Below, one piece after another: positions 1 to 9,264 of a stretch of DNA of 47,123 nt. The stretch comes from Angelakisella sp. GTDB taxonomy: Bacteria; Bacillota; Clostridia; Oscillospirales; Ruminococcaceae. The position numbers and the translations under genes are program-made. The notes beneath the pieces are model-generated. The model searched no databases. It worked only from the letters and a program-made list of their open reading frames with translations, and was not told where the DNA came from. The DNA lies in contig JAVVRO010000001.1 in NCBI GenBank assembly GCA_036654695.1, positions 1 to 47,123 on the forward strand, in the 5' to 3' direction. The first letter of the stretch is position 1. Each line of letters opens with the position of its first letter.

Positions 1-2
1 AG

Positions 3-1535
3 ATGGAAAACATCCGCGCCTTTATGCTAATTTCCCAGCTAAAGGACAGCTGTGACTATCTGGAAAGCGACCCACCCAGCCCAGAGGGCAACTCCGCCTG
101 TTCCGCCGATATTGTGAAAAACGGCTTGCTACTGCGCTTCCGACCCTCCGGCTCGCTGGAGGAGGTCTGCTCCATTATTGAATCCTCGGTCAACATAAAG
201 TCCTATGAGCTGCTGGATGATGCGCCGCCTGCCCAAGAACAGCCAAGCGCTGTCAGCAGCAGTACCGTGTCCGCCCAGCCGGAGGAGCACACTGCCGCGG
301 AGGATGCCGCCACACAGGCAGGCGCTGCCGCAGGAGCTGCCATGAAGGCCGCCCTTGGCAAGCAGAGCCTGATTAGCGTAAACCAGATAAAGCTGGATCA
401 GCTAATGGACATTATGGGCGAGATTGTCATTACCGAGTCAATGGTTGCCAGCAACCCCGACTTAAAGGGTCTAAAGCTGGACAACTTCTATAAATCGACC
501 CGTCAGCTGCGCAAGTTGACCGACCAGTTGCAGGATGTGGTAATGTCCATTCGCATGGTACCGCTGTCGGGTGTGTTCCAAAAGATGAACCGCATTGTCC
601 GCGACATGAACAAAAAGCTAGGCAAGGAAGTCGAGCTGGTCACCGTCGGCGGCGACACCGAGGTGGACAAAACCATTAACGACGTGCTGGCTGACCCCTT
701 TATGCACATGATTCGCAACGCCATGGACCATGCCATTGAACCGCCGGAGGAGCGTCTGGAAAAGGGCAAGTCCGAATGCGGCACCATCACGCTGTCCGCG
801 CAGAATGTGGGCGGAGAGATTGTGATTACCATTGTGGATGACGGCCGCGGGCTAAACCGGGAAAAGATTTTGCAAAAAGCCAAAAAGAACGGCCTGTTAA
901 GCAAGTCGGAGGCTGAGTATACCGACAAAGAAGTCTTTGCCATGATTATGCTAGCCGGCTTTTCCACCAACGAGCAGGTCACCGAGTTTTCCGGCCGTGG
1001 CGTTGGCATGGATGTGGTGCGCAAGAATCTGGAAAAGGTCAATGGGTCCATTTCGGTGGAGTCGCAAAAGGACATCGGCACCACCTTTACCATTAAAATC
1101 CCGCTGACGCTGGCCATTGTGGACGGCATGGAGATTGCAGTCAACCGCGACACCTTTACCATTCCCATTACCGCTATTCGCCAGACCTTTAAGCTGGGCG
1201 AGGAAACAAAGGTAATTGTGGACACCAACGGCGCAGAGATGATTATGATGCGCGGCGAATGCTTCCCGATTATCCGTCTGCACCGTATCTACCAGATTGA
1301 GAGCCAGAAGACAGAGCTGTCGGAGGGCATCTTCCTGCTGGTGGAAAGCAACCAAAAAGCAGCCTGCATCTTTGCGGATGACCTGATTGGCGAACAGCAG
1401 GTAGTGGTCAAGCCGTTCCCGGCGTTTCTGACCCGCTATGACATCAAGGGCGCAGGACTGACCGGCTGTACCATTATGGGGGACGGCAGCATCAGCCTGA
1501 TTCTGGATATTAACAGCTTTCTTAACAAATTTTAA
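3..1535 (+). CDS. cheA: Chemotaxis histidine kinase CheA (5'-truncated by window edge; Hpt domain not visible)
   Basis: Dimerisation motif KLDQLMDIMGEIVI, HATPase N-box HMIRNAMDHAIE, DDGRG, GFST...SGRGVGMDVV, C-terminal CheW-like domain. Confidence 0.97.
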   Translation: MENIRAFMLISQLKDSCDYLESDPPSPEGNSACSADIVKNGLLLRFRPSGSLEEVCSIIESSVNIKSYELLDDAPPAQEQPSAVSSSTVSAQPEEHTAAEDAATQAGAAAGAAMKAALGKQSLISVNQIKLDQLMDIMGEIVITESMVASNPDLKGLKLDNFYKSTRQLRKLTDQLQDVVMSIRMVPLSGVFQKMNRIVRDMNKKLGKEVELVTVGGDTEVDKTINDVLADPFMHMIRNAMDHAIEPPEERLEKGKSECGTITLSAQNVGGEIVITIVDDGRGLNREKILQKAKKNGLLSKSEAEYTDKEVFAMIMLAGFSTNEQVTEFSGRGVGMDVVRKNLEKVNGSISVESQKDIGTTFTIKIPLTLAIVDGMEIAVNRDTFTIPITAIRQTFKLGEETKVIVDTNGAEMIMMRGECFPIIRLHRIYQIESQKTELSEGIFLLVESNQKAACIFADDLIGEQQVVVKPFPAFLTRYDIKGAGLTGCTIMGDGSISLILDINSFLNKF

Positions 1536-1555
1536 CGGCTGGGAGGAATAACAGT

Positions 1556-2041
1556 ATGTCGGATAATTTAAATGAAGAATTCTTGCAGCAGGAGGAAGAC
1601 GACCTTGCCGGAAAATATCTTACCTTTTGTGTTGATAGCAAAATTTACGGCGTTGAGTTAATGCACGTAAAGGAAATTATCAGCATTCAGTCGATTACTG
1701 CCGTGCCCAGCACTCCCGATTATGTCAAGGGCATCATTAACCTGCGCGGCGGCATTGTGCCGGTCATTGAGGTGCGCTCCAAATTTAACATTCCCGCCAT
1801 TCCCTATGATGAACGCACCTGTATTATTGTGCTGAACATTAGCGAAATGAACGTGGGACTGATTGTTGACGAGGTTTCGGAGGTCATTGAGTTTGAGGAG
1901 CTGTCGGCGCTGCCGGAGGTTGGCAAGGAGAGCAGTGCCAGTCAATACATCAAGTCGGTCGCGGAGGTCAAGGATAAGCTGGTGCTCAATCTGGACTGCG
2001 AAAAGTTTTTAAACAGTGATTTAATTCCTACGCGTTTTTAA
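1556..2041 (+). CDS. cheW: Chemotaxis coupling protein CheW
   Basis: KYLTF...VKEII...ITAVPSTPDYVKGIINLRGGIVPVI...GLIVDEVSEV; RBS GGAGG upstream. Confidence 0.96.
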   Translation: MSDNLNEEFLQQEEDDLAGKYLTFCVDSKIYGVELMHVKEIISIQSITAVPSTPDYVKGIINLRGGIVPVIEVRSKFNIPAIPYDERTCIIVLNISEMNVGLIVDEVSEVIEFEELSALPEVGKESSASQYIKSVAEVKDKLVLNLDCEKFLNSDLIPTRF

Positions 2042-2080
2042 CCAAACGCACCATTAACTGTCAAAGGGGTGACCCCGTTT

Positions 2081-2902
2081 ATGATGACGCTAACCGACAA
2101 GGAGTTTCAAACTCTGGTCAGTTTTATCCACACAAAATACGGCATCAATCTTGAAAAAAAGCGCATCCTCATCGAGGGGCGACTTTCCAACATGTTGCAG
2201 GAACGCGGCTTTGCTGCTTTTTCGGATTACATGGAGGTGGTGTTCAAGGACAAAACCGGTGCCGAAGTAACCACGCTGCTAAACAAGCTGACCACCAACC
2301 ACACCTTTTTCCTGCGGGAGATTGAGCATTTTGACTTTATGACCGAGCAGGTGTTGCCGCTGTTTGAGGCCAACCTGAAAACCAAGGATATTCGCATTTG
2401 GAGCGCGGGGTGTTCCTCCGGGCAGGAGCCGTACACCATGGCAATGGCCATTAACGAGTACTTTGGCGGGCGCAAGCAGGGCTGGGATACCACCATTTTG
2501 GCAACCGATATTTCCATGAACGCGCTGGAAAAGGCCAAGGCCGCCACCTACGCGCAGGAGGACTTAAAGGATGTGCCGGAGCCATGGCGCAAAAAGTACT
2601 TCATTGACAACAAAAACGGAACCTTTACCGTCTGTGACAGCATCCGCAAGGAGGTTGTGTTCCGTACCCTGAACCTGATGGAGCCCTTTAAATTTGGTAA
2701 GCCCTTTGACCTTATTTTCTGCCGCAATGTCATGATTTATTTTGACGCACCTACCAAGGATACGCTCATTAATAAGTTTTACGATGTTACCGCGCCCGGC
2801 GGGTTCCTGTTCATTGGACATTCGGAGGTTATTAACCGTGAAGCCGCCCGCTATACCTATATTCGTCCGGCAATTTACCAAAAGAGAGGGCCTAACAAAT
2901 GA
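2081..2902 (+). CDS. cheR: Chemotaxis methyltransferase CheR
   Basis: LTTNHTFFLRE, RIWSAGCSSGQEPY, ILATDIS, FDLIFCRNVMIYF, FIGHSE. ATG 2081 chosen for RBS spacing; GTG 2069 is the alternative. Confidence 0.96.
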   Translation: MMTLTDKEFQTLVSFIHTKYGINLEKKRILIEGRLSNMLQERGFAAFSDYMEVVFKDKTGAEVTTLLNKLTTNHTFFLREIEHFDFMTEQVLPLFEANLKTKDIRIWSAGCSSGQEPYTMAMAINEYFGGRKQGWDTTILATDISMNALEKAKAATYAQEDLKDVPEPWRKKYFIDNKNGTFTVCDSIRKEVVFRTLNLMEPFKFGKPFDLIFCRNVMIYFDAPTKDTLINKFYDVTAPGGFLFIGHSEVINREAARYTYIRPAIYQKRGPNK

Positions 2903-3951
2903 GAGAGATAAAAAAAATCAGAGTTCTAGTGGTGGATGACTCGGTACTGTTCCGGGAGACACTGAGCAAACGCCTGAACGACGATGGCCATCTGGAGGTT
3001 ATCGGGACAGCCATTGACTCCTTCGATGCCTTTGAAAAAATCAAGCAGCTTTCGCCTGATGTAGTAACCTTGGATGTGGAAATGCCCAAGCTTAACGGCA
3101 TCGATTTTTTAAAAAAGCTTATGCCCATCCATCCTGTGCCTATTGTAGTGGTCAGCTCCCTGCCCATTAACGCGCTGGATGCCTTGGACGCGGGCGCAGT
3201 GGACTTTGTGCGCAAGCCACTCATCAAGACGCCGGATGACTTTTCCAGCTTTATGAACGAGCTGATTGTTAAAATCAAGATTGCCTCCACCGCAAAGGTG
3301 GGCAAACGTGCCACCCCCGCTCCGGAGCCACCACCTGTCGCCCCCGCGATTGGTACCCTGCTCCGGTCAGCCAGCCCGGACACCGTGATTGCCATTGGTG
3401 CTTCCACCGGTGGTACCGAAGCGATTCTTTCGGTGGTGCAAAACTTACCGGAAACCACCCCCGGCATTGTCATTGTACAGCACATGCCGCCGGTGTTTAC
3501 CAAGATGTACGCCCAGCGTCTTGACAAAATCTGCAAGATGTCGGTCAAGGAAGCCGAGCCCGGCGACCGGGTGCAGCCCGGTAAAATTATTATTGCTGCC
3601 GGCGAGTTCCACCTGCGGTTGTGCAAGGACACCCGGGGCTATTACATTAAAAGCGAAAATGGCGAAAAGGTCAGCGGACACTGCCCATCGGTGGATGTCA
3701 TGTTTGACTCGGTGGCTACCACTGCCGGCAAAAACGCCATTGGTGTCATTCTAACCGGCATGGGGTCGGATGGTGCCAAGGGATTACTGAAAATGCGCAC
3801 CGCCGGTGCCTATACCATCGGGCAGGATAAAGACAGCTGCGTCGTGTACGGAATGCCCATGGTTGCCTTTAACATTGGGGGCGTTGCCAAGCAGCTGCCC
3901 TTGGGGCAAATTCCCAACGAAGTCATCCGTTACCTCAACGGAATGCGCTAA
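2899..3951 (+). CDS. cheB: Chemotaxis response regulator methylesterase CheB
   Basis: Receiver domain (VVDDS, TLDVEMP) plus catalytic motifs IGASTGG, VQHMP, LTGMGSDG; ATGA overlap with cheR. Confidence 0.97.
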   Translation: MREIKKIRVLVVDDSVLFRETLSKRLNDDGHLEVIGTAIDSFDAFEKIKQLSPDVVTLDVEMPKLNGIDFLKKLMPIHPVPIVVVSSLPINALDALDAGAVDFVRKPLIKTPDDFSSFMNELIVKIKIASTAKVGKRATPAPEPPPVAPAIGTLLRSASPDTVIAIGASTGGTEAILSVVQNLPETTPGIVIVQHMPPVFTKMYAQRLDKICKMSVKEAEPGDRVQPGKIIIAAGEFHLRLCKDTRGYYIKSENGEKVSGHCPSVDVMFDSVATTAGKNAIGVILTGMGSDGAKGLLKMRTAGAYTIGQDKDSCVVYGMPMVAFNIGGVAKQLPLGQIPNEVIRYLNGMR

Positions 3952-3958
3952 ACAGGCC

Positions 3959-4001
3959 AAAGGAGAGGGTGTTGCTCAACGCAACACCCTCTCCTTTTTT
4001 T
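3959..4001. terminator. Intrinsic terminator between convergent cheB and fapA (strongest on +)
   Basis: Perfect 17-bp inverted repeat aaaggagagggtgttgc-tcaac-gcaacaccctctccttt running into a T tract. Confidence 0.92.
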
Positions 4002-4006
4002 ACTTT

Positions 4007-5719
4007 TTAGTAGGTAGCCATAACAATTTCGCCTGCATCCCGACGGAATATGACGCGGTTATTGACCTCGCGGGTAATGTAGTTGCAGTTTTGAATGGAT
4101 ACCTTGGTAGAGGGATACACCGTTTTGGCCTTGACACAGCAACCGGAGCCAGCTTCTTCAATCAACGCGGCAATTTCCTGACTTTGGCGGGTCAATCGAC
4201 CCTCCCGGACCAGATTAAGCACCTTTTGCTTGTTGCAGCTTTCCACCAGCGCTTGATTTTTGGGGCTTAGCGGACCCATTTTGGCACAGCGTTCCAAATA
4301 GACTAGGTTTTTGTGCAGTGCTTCCTTGCTGTCCTCCAGCTCCCGCAGCCCTTTTTCCGCCTCCGCCTTTTGGGCAAGCACCGTGGGCGAAAGCCCCACC
4401 GAAATGGTGGTCGGCGTGTTGACATCGCTGCCGATAATATTTGCTTCTACGCCGCGTAACGCGGTACAGCGCCCGCCGACAATGGTGCCCTTTCCCTTGG
4501 TCACTGTCAACTGTGCATCACAGTCCAAAATGGAGTTAATGACCGCTTCGGTCACAATGTCTTCCTTGGCATAAACGTTGCAGTTCTGCAAAAATTTACT
4601 GACAATTCCCTTTTGGGAGGATGCCGATCCACGCTTCATTCCATTAAAGCCGCCGTCCATTTGGATGGCACCCTCGGCAACAATGTTCCCGCCCTCCACA
4701 ACGCCCTTTACATGGATGCTGCCGCCCGCAGTAATCTTGTAGCCCTCGCGCACATCGCCCTTTACCAGAACATCACCGCAAAAGCTGATGTCTCCGGTGT
4801 TGTTGTCAACGCTTTCCTCTACCACAAACACGGTGTCCACGTCAAAGCGTTCGTTTTTATAAATCAGGTTGCCGTTTTCGGCGGCAAGCAGCTGTAGCCC
4901 GTCCGGGGTAATGGTGGTATTGCCCGCTTTTGACAGCTTCTTTTGCCTGCCCGGAACTGCCCGGATAGGTTCCCCCCGCACATCAATTCCATCCACCCCT
5001 TGGGTGGGCAACGTCATGGTGGCAATCACCGCGTCTTTTTTAATTTCGCGAATGACACCCATCTGCTTAAAGTCCACCGTGCCGTCATGGTTCAGGTGCG
5101 GCGCAATCTCCTGCTCGTGGGGGAACAGCTCGGTAATTACCGCATCCACGCCGTCCTCCTTGGGGGTACAAACTGCCACCATCATTTTGCGGTTGTAGGG
5201 TTTGTTGGTTACCATGTTGTTCACTGCCTGCTCCATAATACCATAGGTAACCCCGGCTTCCGCCAGTGCCACGCGAATCATCTTTATGCTAACCTCTTCC
5301 CCGCCGTTTTGCGGCGCGGACAAGGATGCAAATGCTGAGGTTGCACCACCTTCGATGGTTACTGTAACCACGCTGCTTACCGGCTCCGGCGCCGGTGGCT
5401 GCCCATTGACATCTAGCACAGCGTCTGCTGCCGGTGCTTCCACAGCTACTGGTGCTTCCATAGCTGCCGGTGCTTCCGTAGCTGCTGATACTTCCGTAGC
5501 TGCCGGCGCTTCCGTAGCTGCCGGCGCTTCCACAGCTACCGGTGCTTCCACAGCTGCTGGTGCTTCCCCAGCTACCGGCACTGCGGTGGCGGCCTTTGCC
5601 GCCCTTTCTACTTCGGCCTGCTGCATCTTGGCTCTTTTTTGTGCCAAGAGACTAAACAACAGGCTCTTATTCTGTTCCGGAACCTGCTGTTCTTCCGTCT
5701 GCTCGGTACTGCTCATCAT
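4007..5719 (-). CDS. fapA: FapA / DUF342 family flagellar assembly protein with repetitive N-terminal extension
   Basis: LAEAGVTYGI, GTVDFKQMG, VDNNTGDISFCGDVLVKGDVREG, beta-helix-like repeats, GTIVGG, coiled coil, KTVYPSTKVSI. Confidence 0.88.
   Translation of the reverse strand: MMSSTEQTEEQQVPEQNKSLLFSLLAQKRAKMQQAEVERAAKAATAVPVAGEAPAAVEAPVAVEAPAATEAPAATEVSAATEAPAAMEAPVAVEAPAADAVLDVNGQPPAPEPVSSVVTVTIEGGATSAFASLSAPQNGGEEVSIKMIRVALAEAGVTYGIMEQAVNNMVTNKPYNRKMMVAVCTPKEDGVDAVITELFPHEQEIAPHLNHDGTVDFKQMGVIREIKKDAVIATMTLPTQGVDGIDVRGEPIRAVPGRQKKLSKAGNTTITPDGLQLLAAENGNLIYKNERFDVDTVFVVEESVDNNTGDISFCGDVLVKGDVREGYKITAGGSIHVKGVVEGGNIVAEGAIQMDGGFNGMKRGSASSQKGIVSKFLQNCNVYAKEDIVTEAVINSILDCDAQLTVTKGKGTIVGGRCTALRGVEANIIGSDVNTPTTISVGLSPTVLAQKAEAEKGLRELEDSKEALHKNLVYLERCAKMGPLSPKNQALVESCNKQKVLNLVREGRLTRQSQEIAALIEEAGSGCCVKAKTVYPSTKVSIQNCNYITREVNNRVIFRRDAGEIVMATY
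5427..5580. repeat. 18-bp coding tandem repeat (~8.5 copies) in fapA encoding EAP[AV]A[VTM]-like units
   Basis: Consecutive units resembling gctgccggtgcttccaca (gctactggtgcttccata, gctgccggtgcttccgta, ...). Confidence 0.93.
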
Positions 5720-5749
5720 GATGGTTCTCCTTAATTTTATTTTGCTATT

Positions 5750-6238
5750 TTACCAGGTCCACTCCCCGCGGTTGCCGGATTTAATCTGCATGGTACCGTC
5801 CTGCGTGTAAAAATAGAGCGTTCTGCCGTAATCCTTACCAGTGTCCTCTGCCAAAATGGGAATGTGCAGCGACAGCAAGACTTCCTTGACGGCCACCACA
5901 TTCCGGTTCCCAATGTTGGCAATAGCGCTGTTGGAGATTGCCGCAAACATCTGCGCCCCGCCCGCAATCTTCGCTTTCATAAAGGTTCTTCTTGCCCCCA
6001 GTGCCTCCATTCGCTTGATTAGCTCGGCAATCCCGGTGTCGGCAAATTTGTTGAGCTGCTGACTGCCGCCAAAAATCTGTGTGCTGTCGGGCAACATAAT
6101 ATGAACCAACCCCCCCACACGGGCGTTAGCATCATAAAGACAGATTCCCACACAGGAACCCAGCGCATATGTAACCAGAACTTCGGGCGATTTAGCCACA
6201 TTCAGGTCAGCGATTCCAACGGTGATGGCACTGCTCAT
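5750..6238 (-). CDS. cheD: Chemoreceptor glutamine deamidase CheD
   Basis: TYALGSCVGICLYD, GGLVHIMLP, KFADTGI, AKIAGGAQMF, IGNRN, EDTGKDYGRT. Confidence 0.96.
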   Translation of the reverse strand: MSSAITVGIADLNVAKSPEVLVTYALGSCVGICLYDANARVGGLVHIMLPDSTQIFGGSQQLNKFADTGIAELIKRMEALGARRTFMKAKIAGGAQMFAAISNSAIANIGNRNVVAVKEVLLSLHIPILAEDTGKDYGRTLYFYTQDGTMQIKSGNRGEWTW

Positions 6239-6858
6239 ATGGAAATTCCCAACCTTGTCATCATGTCTGTAAGAGATTCGATGTCTGGCATCAGCAAGAT
6301 GTGGCTAGCTGCGGATTCCTCTGCGCTGTTGAATTTATCTTCAATGAAGATGACCTTATCGCTAACGTCGCCATAGTGGATAACCGGCACGCTAAGCATG
6401 GCACCTACCATGTCAACGCAGATATCCGGTACCGAAATATCAATCACCATCCCTGTCATCTGGGAGATTGCGTTGACAAAGGATGCGGCCATAATGTTAC
6501 CAATCTCCTTCAGGGCAGAAAGGCTCATTTCGTCGATGTCGTCAAAGCTGTTTAGCTCCTGTCCCAGCAGGGTGTTAATTACCAAGTGGGCGAAGTCCTT
6601 TTCCAGCAGGAACATCATCATCCCCTTAATATCACCGGACAGGGTCAGTAGCAGCCCCACCAGCATGTTTTCCGGGCCGCCCAGCCGGTTGCTCACCTCG
6701 GCATGGTCCAGAATTCGGATTACCGGCACCGTAATATTCACCGGCTTGGCCAGCATCATGGACAGCGAGGTTGCAGCGTTTCCGGAACCAATATTACCAA
6801 TTTCGCGTAAAACGTCCAATTGCAGGTCATTCATTTGGTCGTAGTTGATAATTGCCAA
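6235..6858 (-). CDS. cheC: CheY-P phosphatase CheC
   Basis: Two ExxN motifs (LREIGNIGSGNAATSLS; LKEIGNIMAASF); TTG start; overlaps cheD start. Confidence 0.95.
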   Translation of the reverse strand: MAIINYDQMNDLQLDVLREIGNIGSGNAATSLSMMLAKPVNITVPVIRILDHAEVSNRLGGPENMLVGLLLTLSGDIKGMMMFLLEKDFAHLVINTLLGQELNSFDDIDEMSLSALKEIGNIMAASFVNAISQMTGMVIDISVPDICVDMVGAMLSVPVIHYGDVSDKVIFIEDKFNSAEESAASHILLMPDIESLTDMMTRLGISI

Positions 6859-6917
6859 AATAAGACTTCCTTCCTGATGTAGCCGGCATCTTCCGCAGCT
6901 ACGAATGAATTTTCAAA

Positions 6918-7664
6918 TTATGTACGGAGGTTGTTCACCAGCTCTTCCATCTGGTCGGCGGTTTGCACAATTTTTGAGTTCATCTGGTACGCGCGCTGTG
7001 CCTGAATGACATTGAGCATCTCGCTGCCCAAGTCCACCGCCGAGCGCTCCAGCGTGGCTCCCCGCAGCTCGTAAGCAGGCGCATTCTTGTTGTTCAGTAC
7101 CGACTTTGCCGGTCCCGAAAGGTCAGTCACGGTAAAGCTGCTGCCATCCTTGCGCCCCAAGCCATAGGGGTTGGCGACGGTATAAATGCCTAACCGTTCC
7201 TGTAGGGCAGTCAGGTCGTACCCGCCCTCCGGCATGGTGCTGACGGTCATGCGCTTCCCCTTGCCGTCCAGCACATAGCTGCCGTCCAAGGACGAAACCA
7301 AGTAGTTTTTACTGCCCTGCGGGCTAACGTCAAAGGCACCGTTGCGGCTGTACTTTACCTCACCGTTGTAGTCCTCCAGTGCAAAAAAGCCGTCGCCCAC
7401 AATGGCGTAGTCCAGCGCCCGCCCGGTTGCCGACAGGGAGCCCTGACTCATCAGCAGGTCGGTATTGGCGTTTTTTACGCCGTGGCCGGTGGTCTTTTCC
7501 CCGGGTGTTTTTACATCCATCTGGGTGTACATCAGGTCGGAAAAGGAAGCACGGCTGACCTTATAACCGGTAGTGGTGGAGTTTGCGATGTTGTGCGCAG
7601 TAATATCCATCTGCTGCTGAAACGCCGCCATGCCCGAAACTCCGGTGTAAAACGCAATGTTCAT
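6918..7664 (-). CDS. flgG: Flagellar basal-body rod protein FlgG (FlhP-like)
   Basis: AHNIANSTTTGYK, GRALDYAIVGDGFF, YSRNGAF, LERSAVDLGSEMLNVIQAQRAYQMNSK. Confidence 0.85.
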   Translation of the reverse strand: MNIAFYTGVSGMAAFQQQMDITAHNIANSTTTGYKVSRASFSDLMYTQMDVKTPGEKTTGHGVKNANTDLLMSQGSLSATGRALDYAIVGDGFFALEDYNGEVKYSRNGAFDVSPQGSKNYLVSSLDGSYVLDGKGKRMTVSTMPEGGYDLTALQERLGIYTVANPYGLGRKDGSSFTVTDLSGPAKSVLNNKNAPAYELRGATLERSAVDLGSEMLNVIQAQRAYQMNSKIVQTADQMEELVNNLRT

Positions 7665-7691
7665 AGCTTATCCTCTCTTTCCAGCCGCCCC

Positions 7692-8447
7692 TTACAGGCT
7701 CGCAATCTGGCTGGCAGTCTTTTGGTTCATCTGGTCAATCATCTTCAGGGCGTTGTTGCAGGTTTGAAAGTTCCGTTGCGTCTCGATAACCATGGTCATT
7801 TCCCGGTTAATATCCACATTGGAACGCTCGGTAAAGCCTTGATAGACCATGACATCAGGGTTTTGCTGCAAGGCGGTTTCTTCCTGTCCTTGGGGGATGG
7901 TGTACAGCCCGTTCGCAAATTTTTCCAGCTGTGCGCCCTGTGTGGTCTGCTGAATTAGCAGACGATCCAGCATCTTTTCCTTTGCGTCATACACTGTCCC
8001 GTCAGCAGTCACGGTGAACTCTGCACCGCCAATCTGAATCGGGCCTTTTTCGCCCAGCACCCGCCCGGCACCCCGCAGCACCAAATACCCGTCGGGGTCA
8101 ATGTCAAAGTTACCGTTACGGGTTAGCATTTCGCGTTCGCCCACCTCCACGGTAAAGTAGCCCTCGCCGCCAATGGCCAAGTCGTAGGGACGGTTGGTCT
8201 GTTCCACCATGTTCGCGTCAAAGTTACTGGCCACATCCTGCACCAAGCGAATGGGCGTACCCTTGCCTATTTTCCCGCTGTTGGCACCCTCCAAGCGGGA
8301 AAGCAGTGTTTGCTCAAAGGTCGTGGACACCACCTGCTCACTTTTAAAGCCGGGGGTGCCAATGTTGGCAATATTATTGGCCTGCACATTCAAAATGCGC
8401 TGTTGCGTCAGCATTCCCGACGCTGCCGTATAAAAGCCTGTAAACAT
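7692..8447 (-). CDS. flgF: Flagellar rod protein FlgF/FlgG family (FlhO-like)
   Basis: MFTGFYTAASGM, ANNIANIGTPGFK, LTRNGNF, ERSNVDINREM. Start moved to ATG 8447. Confidence 0.82.
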   Translation of the reverse strand: MFTGFYTAASGMLTQQRILNVQANNIANIGTPGFKSEQVVSTTFEQTLLSRLEGANSGKIGKGTPIRLVQDVASNFDANMVEQTNRPYDLAIGGEGYFTVEVGEREMLTRNGNFDIDPDGYLVLRGAGRVLGEKGPIQIGGAEFTVTADGTVYDAKEKMLDRLLIQQTTQGAQLEKFANGLYTIPQGQEETALQQNPDVMVYQGFTERSNVDINREMTMVIETQRNFQTCNNALKMIDQMNQKTASQIASL

Positions 8448-8479
8448 GGTAAAGCCTTCTTTCCTGTAAAACCGGTTGG

Positions 8480-9241
8480 TTACATGGTGATATATTGTTC
8501 CATCTGCTGCTTCATGCGGGAAACCGCCTTGCCGTGCAGCTGGCAAACTCGGGATTCACTGACTCCCATTATTTCGGCAATTTCAGACAGCCGCAGATGC
8601 TCGTAGTAGTAAAGGGAGATGACCAGCCGTTCCCGCTCCGAAAGTCGGTCAATGGCTGCTGCCAGCTGGGCACGCAGCTCCGCGTTCATCAGCTGTTCCT
8701 CGGGCTGCTGGGAACCGTCGGAGGACAGGTCGGTGTCGTCCGCTTCGGCCAATGAGCTTTGCAGCACCGTCTCCAAGGAAATCATCACCGAATTGGAAAT
8801 CTCGCTGTAATGCTTGGTAATGGCCTCCTCCGGCACCTCCATAAACCCGGCCAGCTCCCGGACGGTTGGTTCCCGCATCAGCTGGTTGGACAGGCTGCTG
8901 TAGGCGGTGGAAATGTCCTTTGCGGTTTTGCGTACCCGCCGTGGCAACCAGTCCTGCTGTCGTATAAAGTCAATGTTGGCACACTTGACCCGCATGAACG
9001 CGTAGGTTTCAAATTTAACGCCCTTGGTGGGGTCAAACTTTTCTACACAGTCAATCAGTGTCAGGATGCCCTGATTCACAATGTCCTCCAGCTGGGCGTA
9101 GTTGGCGGTATAGCCGCGCATCTGTCCGGCTACCACCTTGGCAATGTAGCTGTAGCTCATGACCAGCTCGTTACGCACCGCTTGGCTGTGGGTGGCCTGG
9201 TACTGCTCCATCAGCTGTGCCGTTGTCGTCGTAGTGTTCAC
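8480..9241 (-). CDS. fliA: Flagellar sigma factor FliA/SigD (sigma28)
   Basis: EKFDPTKGVKFETYA, DFIRQQDWLPRRVR, region 4 LYYYEHLRLSEIAEIMGVSESRVCQLH. Confidence 0.96.
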   Translation of the reverse strand: MNTTTTTAQLMEQYQATHSQAVRNELVMSYSYIAKVVAGQMRGYTANYAQLEDIVNQGILTLIDCVEKFDPTKGVKFETYAFMRVKCANIDFIRQQDWLPRRVRKTAKDISTAYSSLSNQLMREPTVRELAGFMEVPEEAITKHYSEISNSVMISLETVLQSSLAEADDTDLSSDGSQQPEEQLMNAELRAQLAAAIDRLSERERLVISLYYYEHLRLSEIAEIMGVSESRVCQLHGKAVSRMKQQMEQYITM

Positions 9242-9264
9242 AGGTTCACCCTCCCTTGCTGTTG

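Noticed and set aside
5427-5580. Repeat array as a possible CRISPR
   Set aside because: Contiguous 18-bp in-frame coding units with no unique spacers and no cas genes.
6878-6903. gtagc...gctac inverted repeat between flgG and cheC
   Set aside because: Short interrupted stem without a U tract; could be chance.
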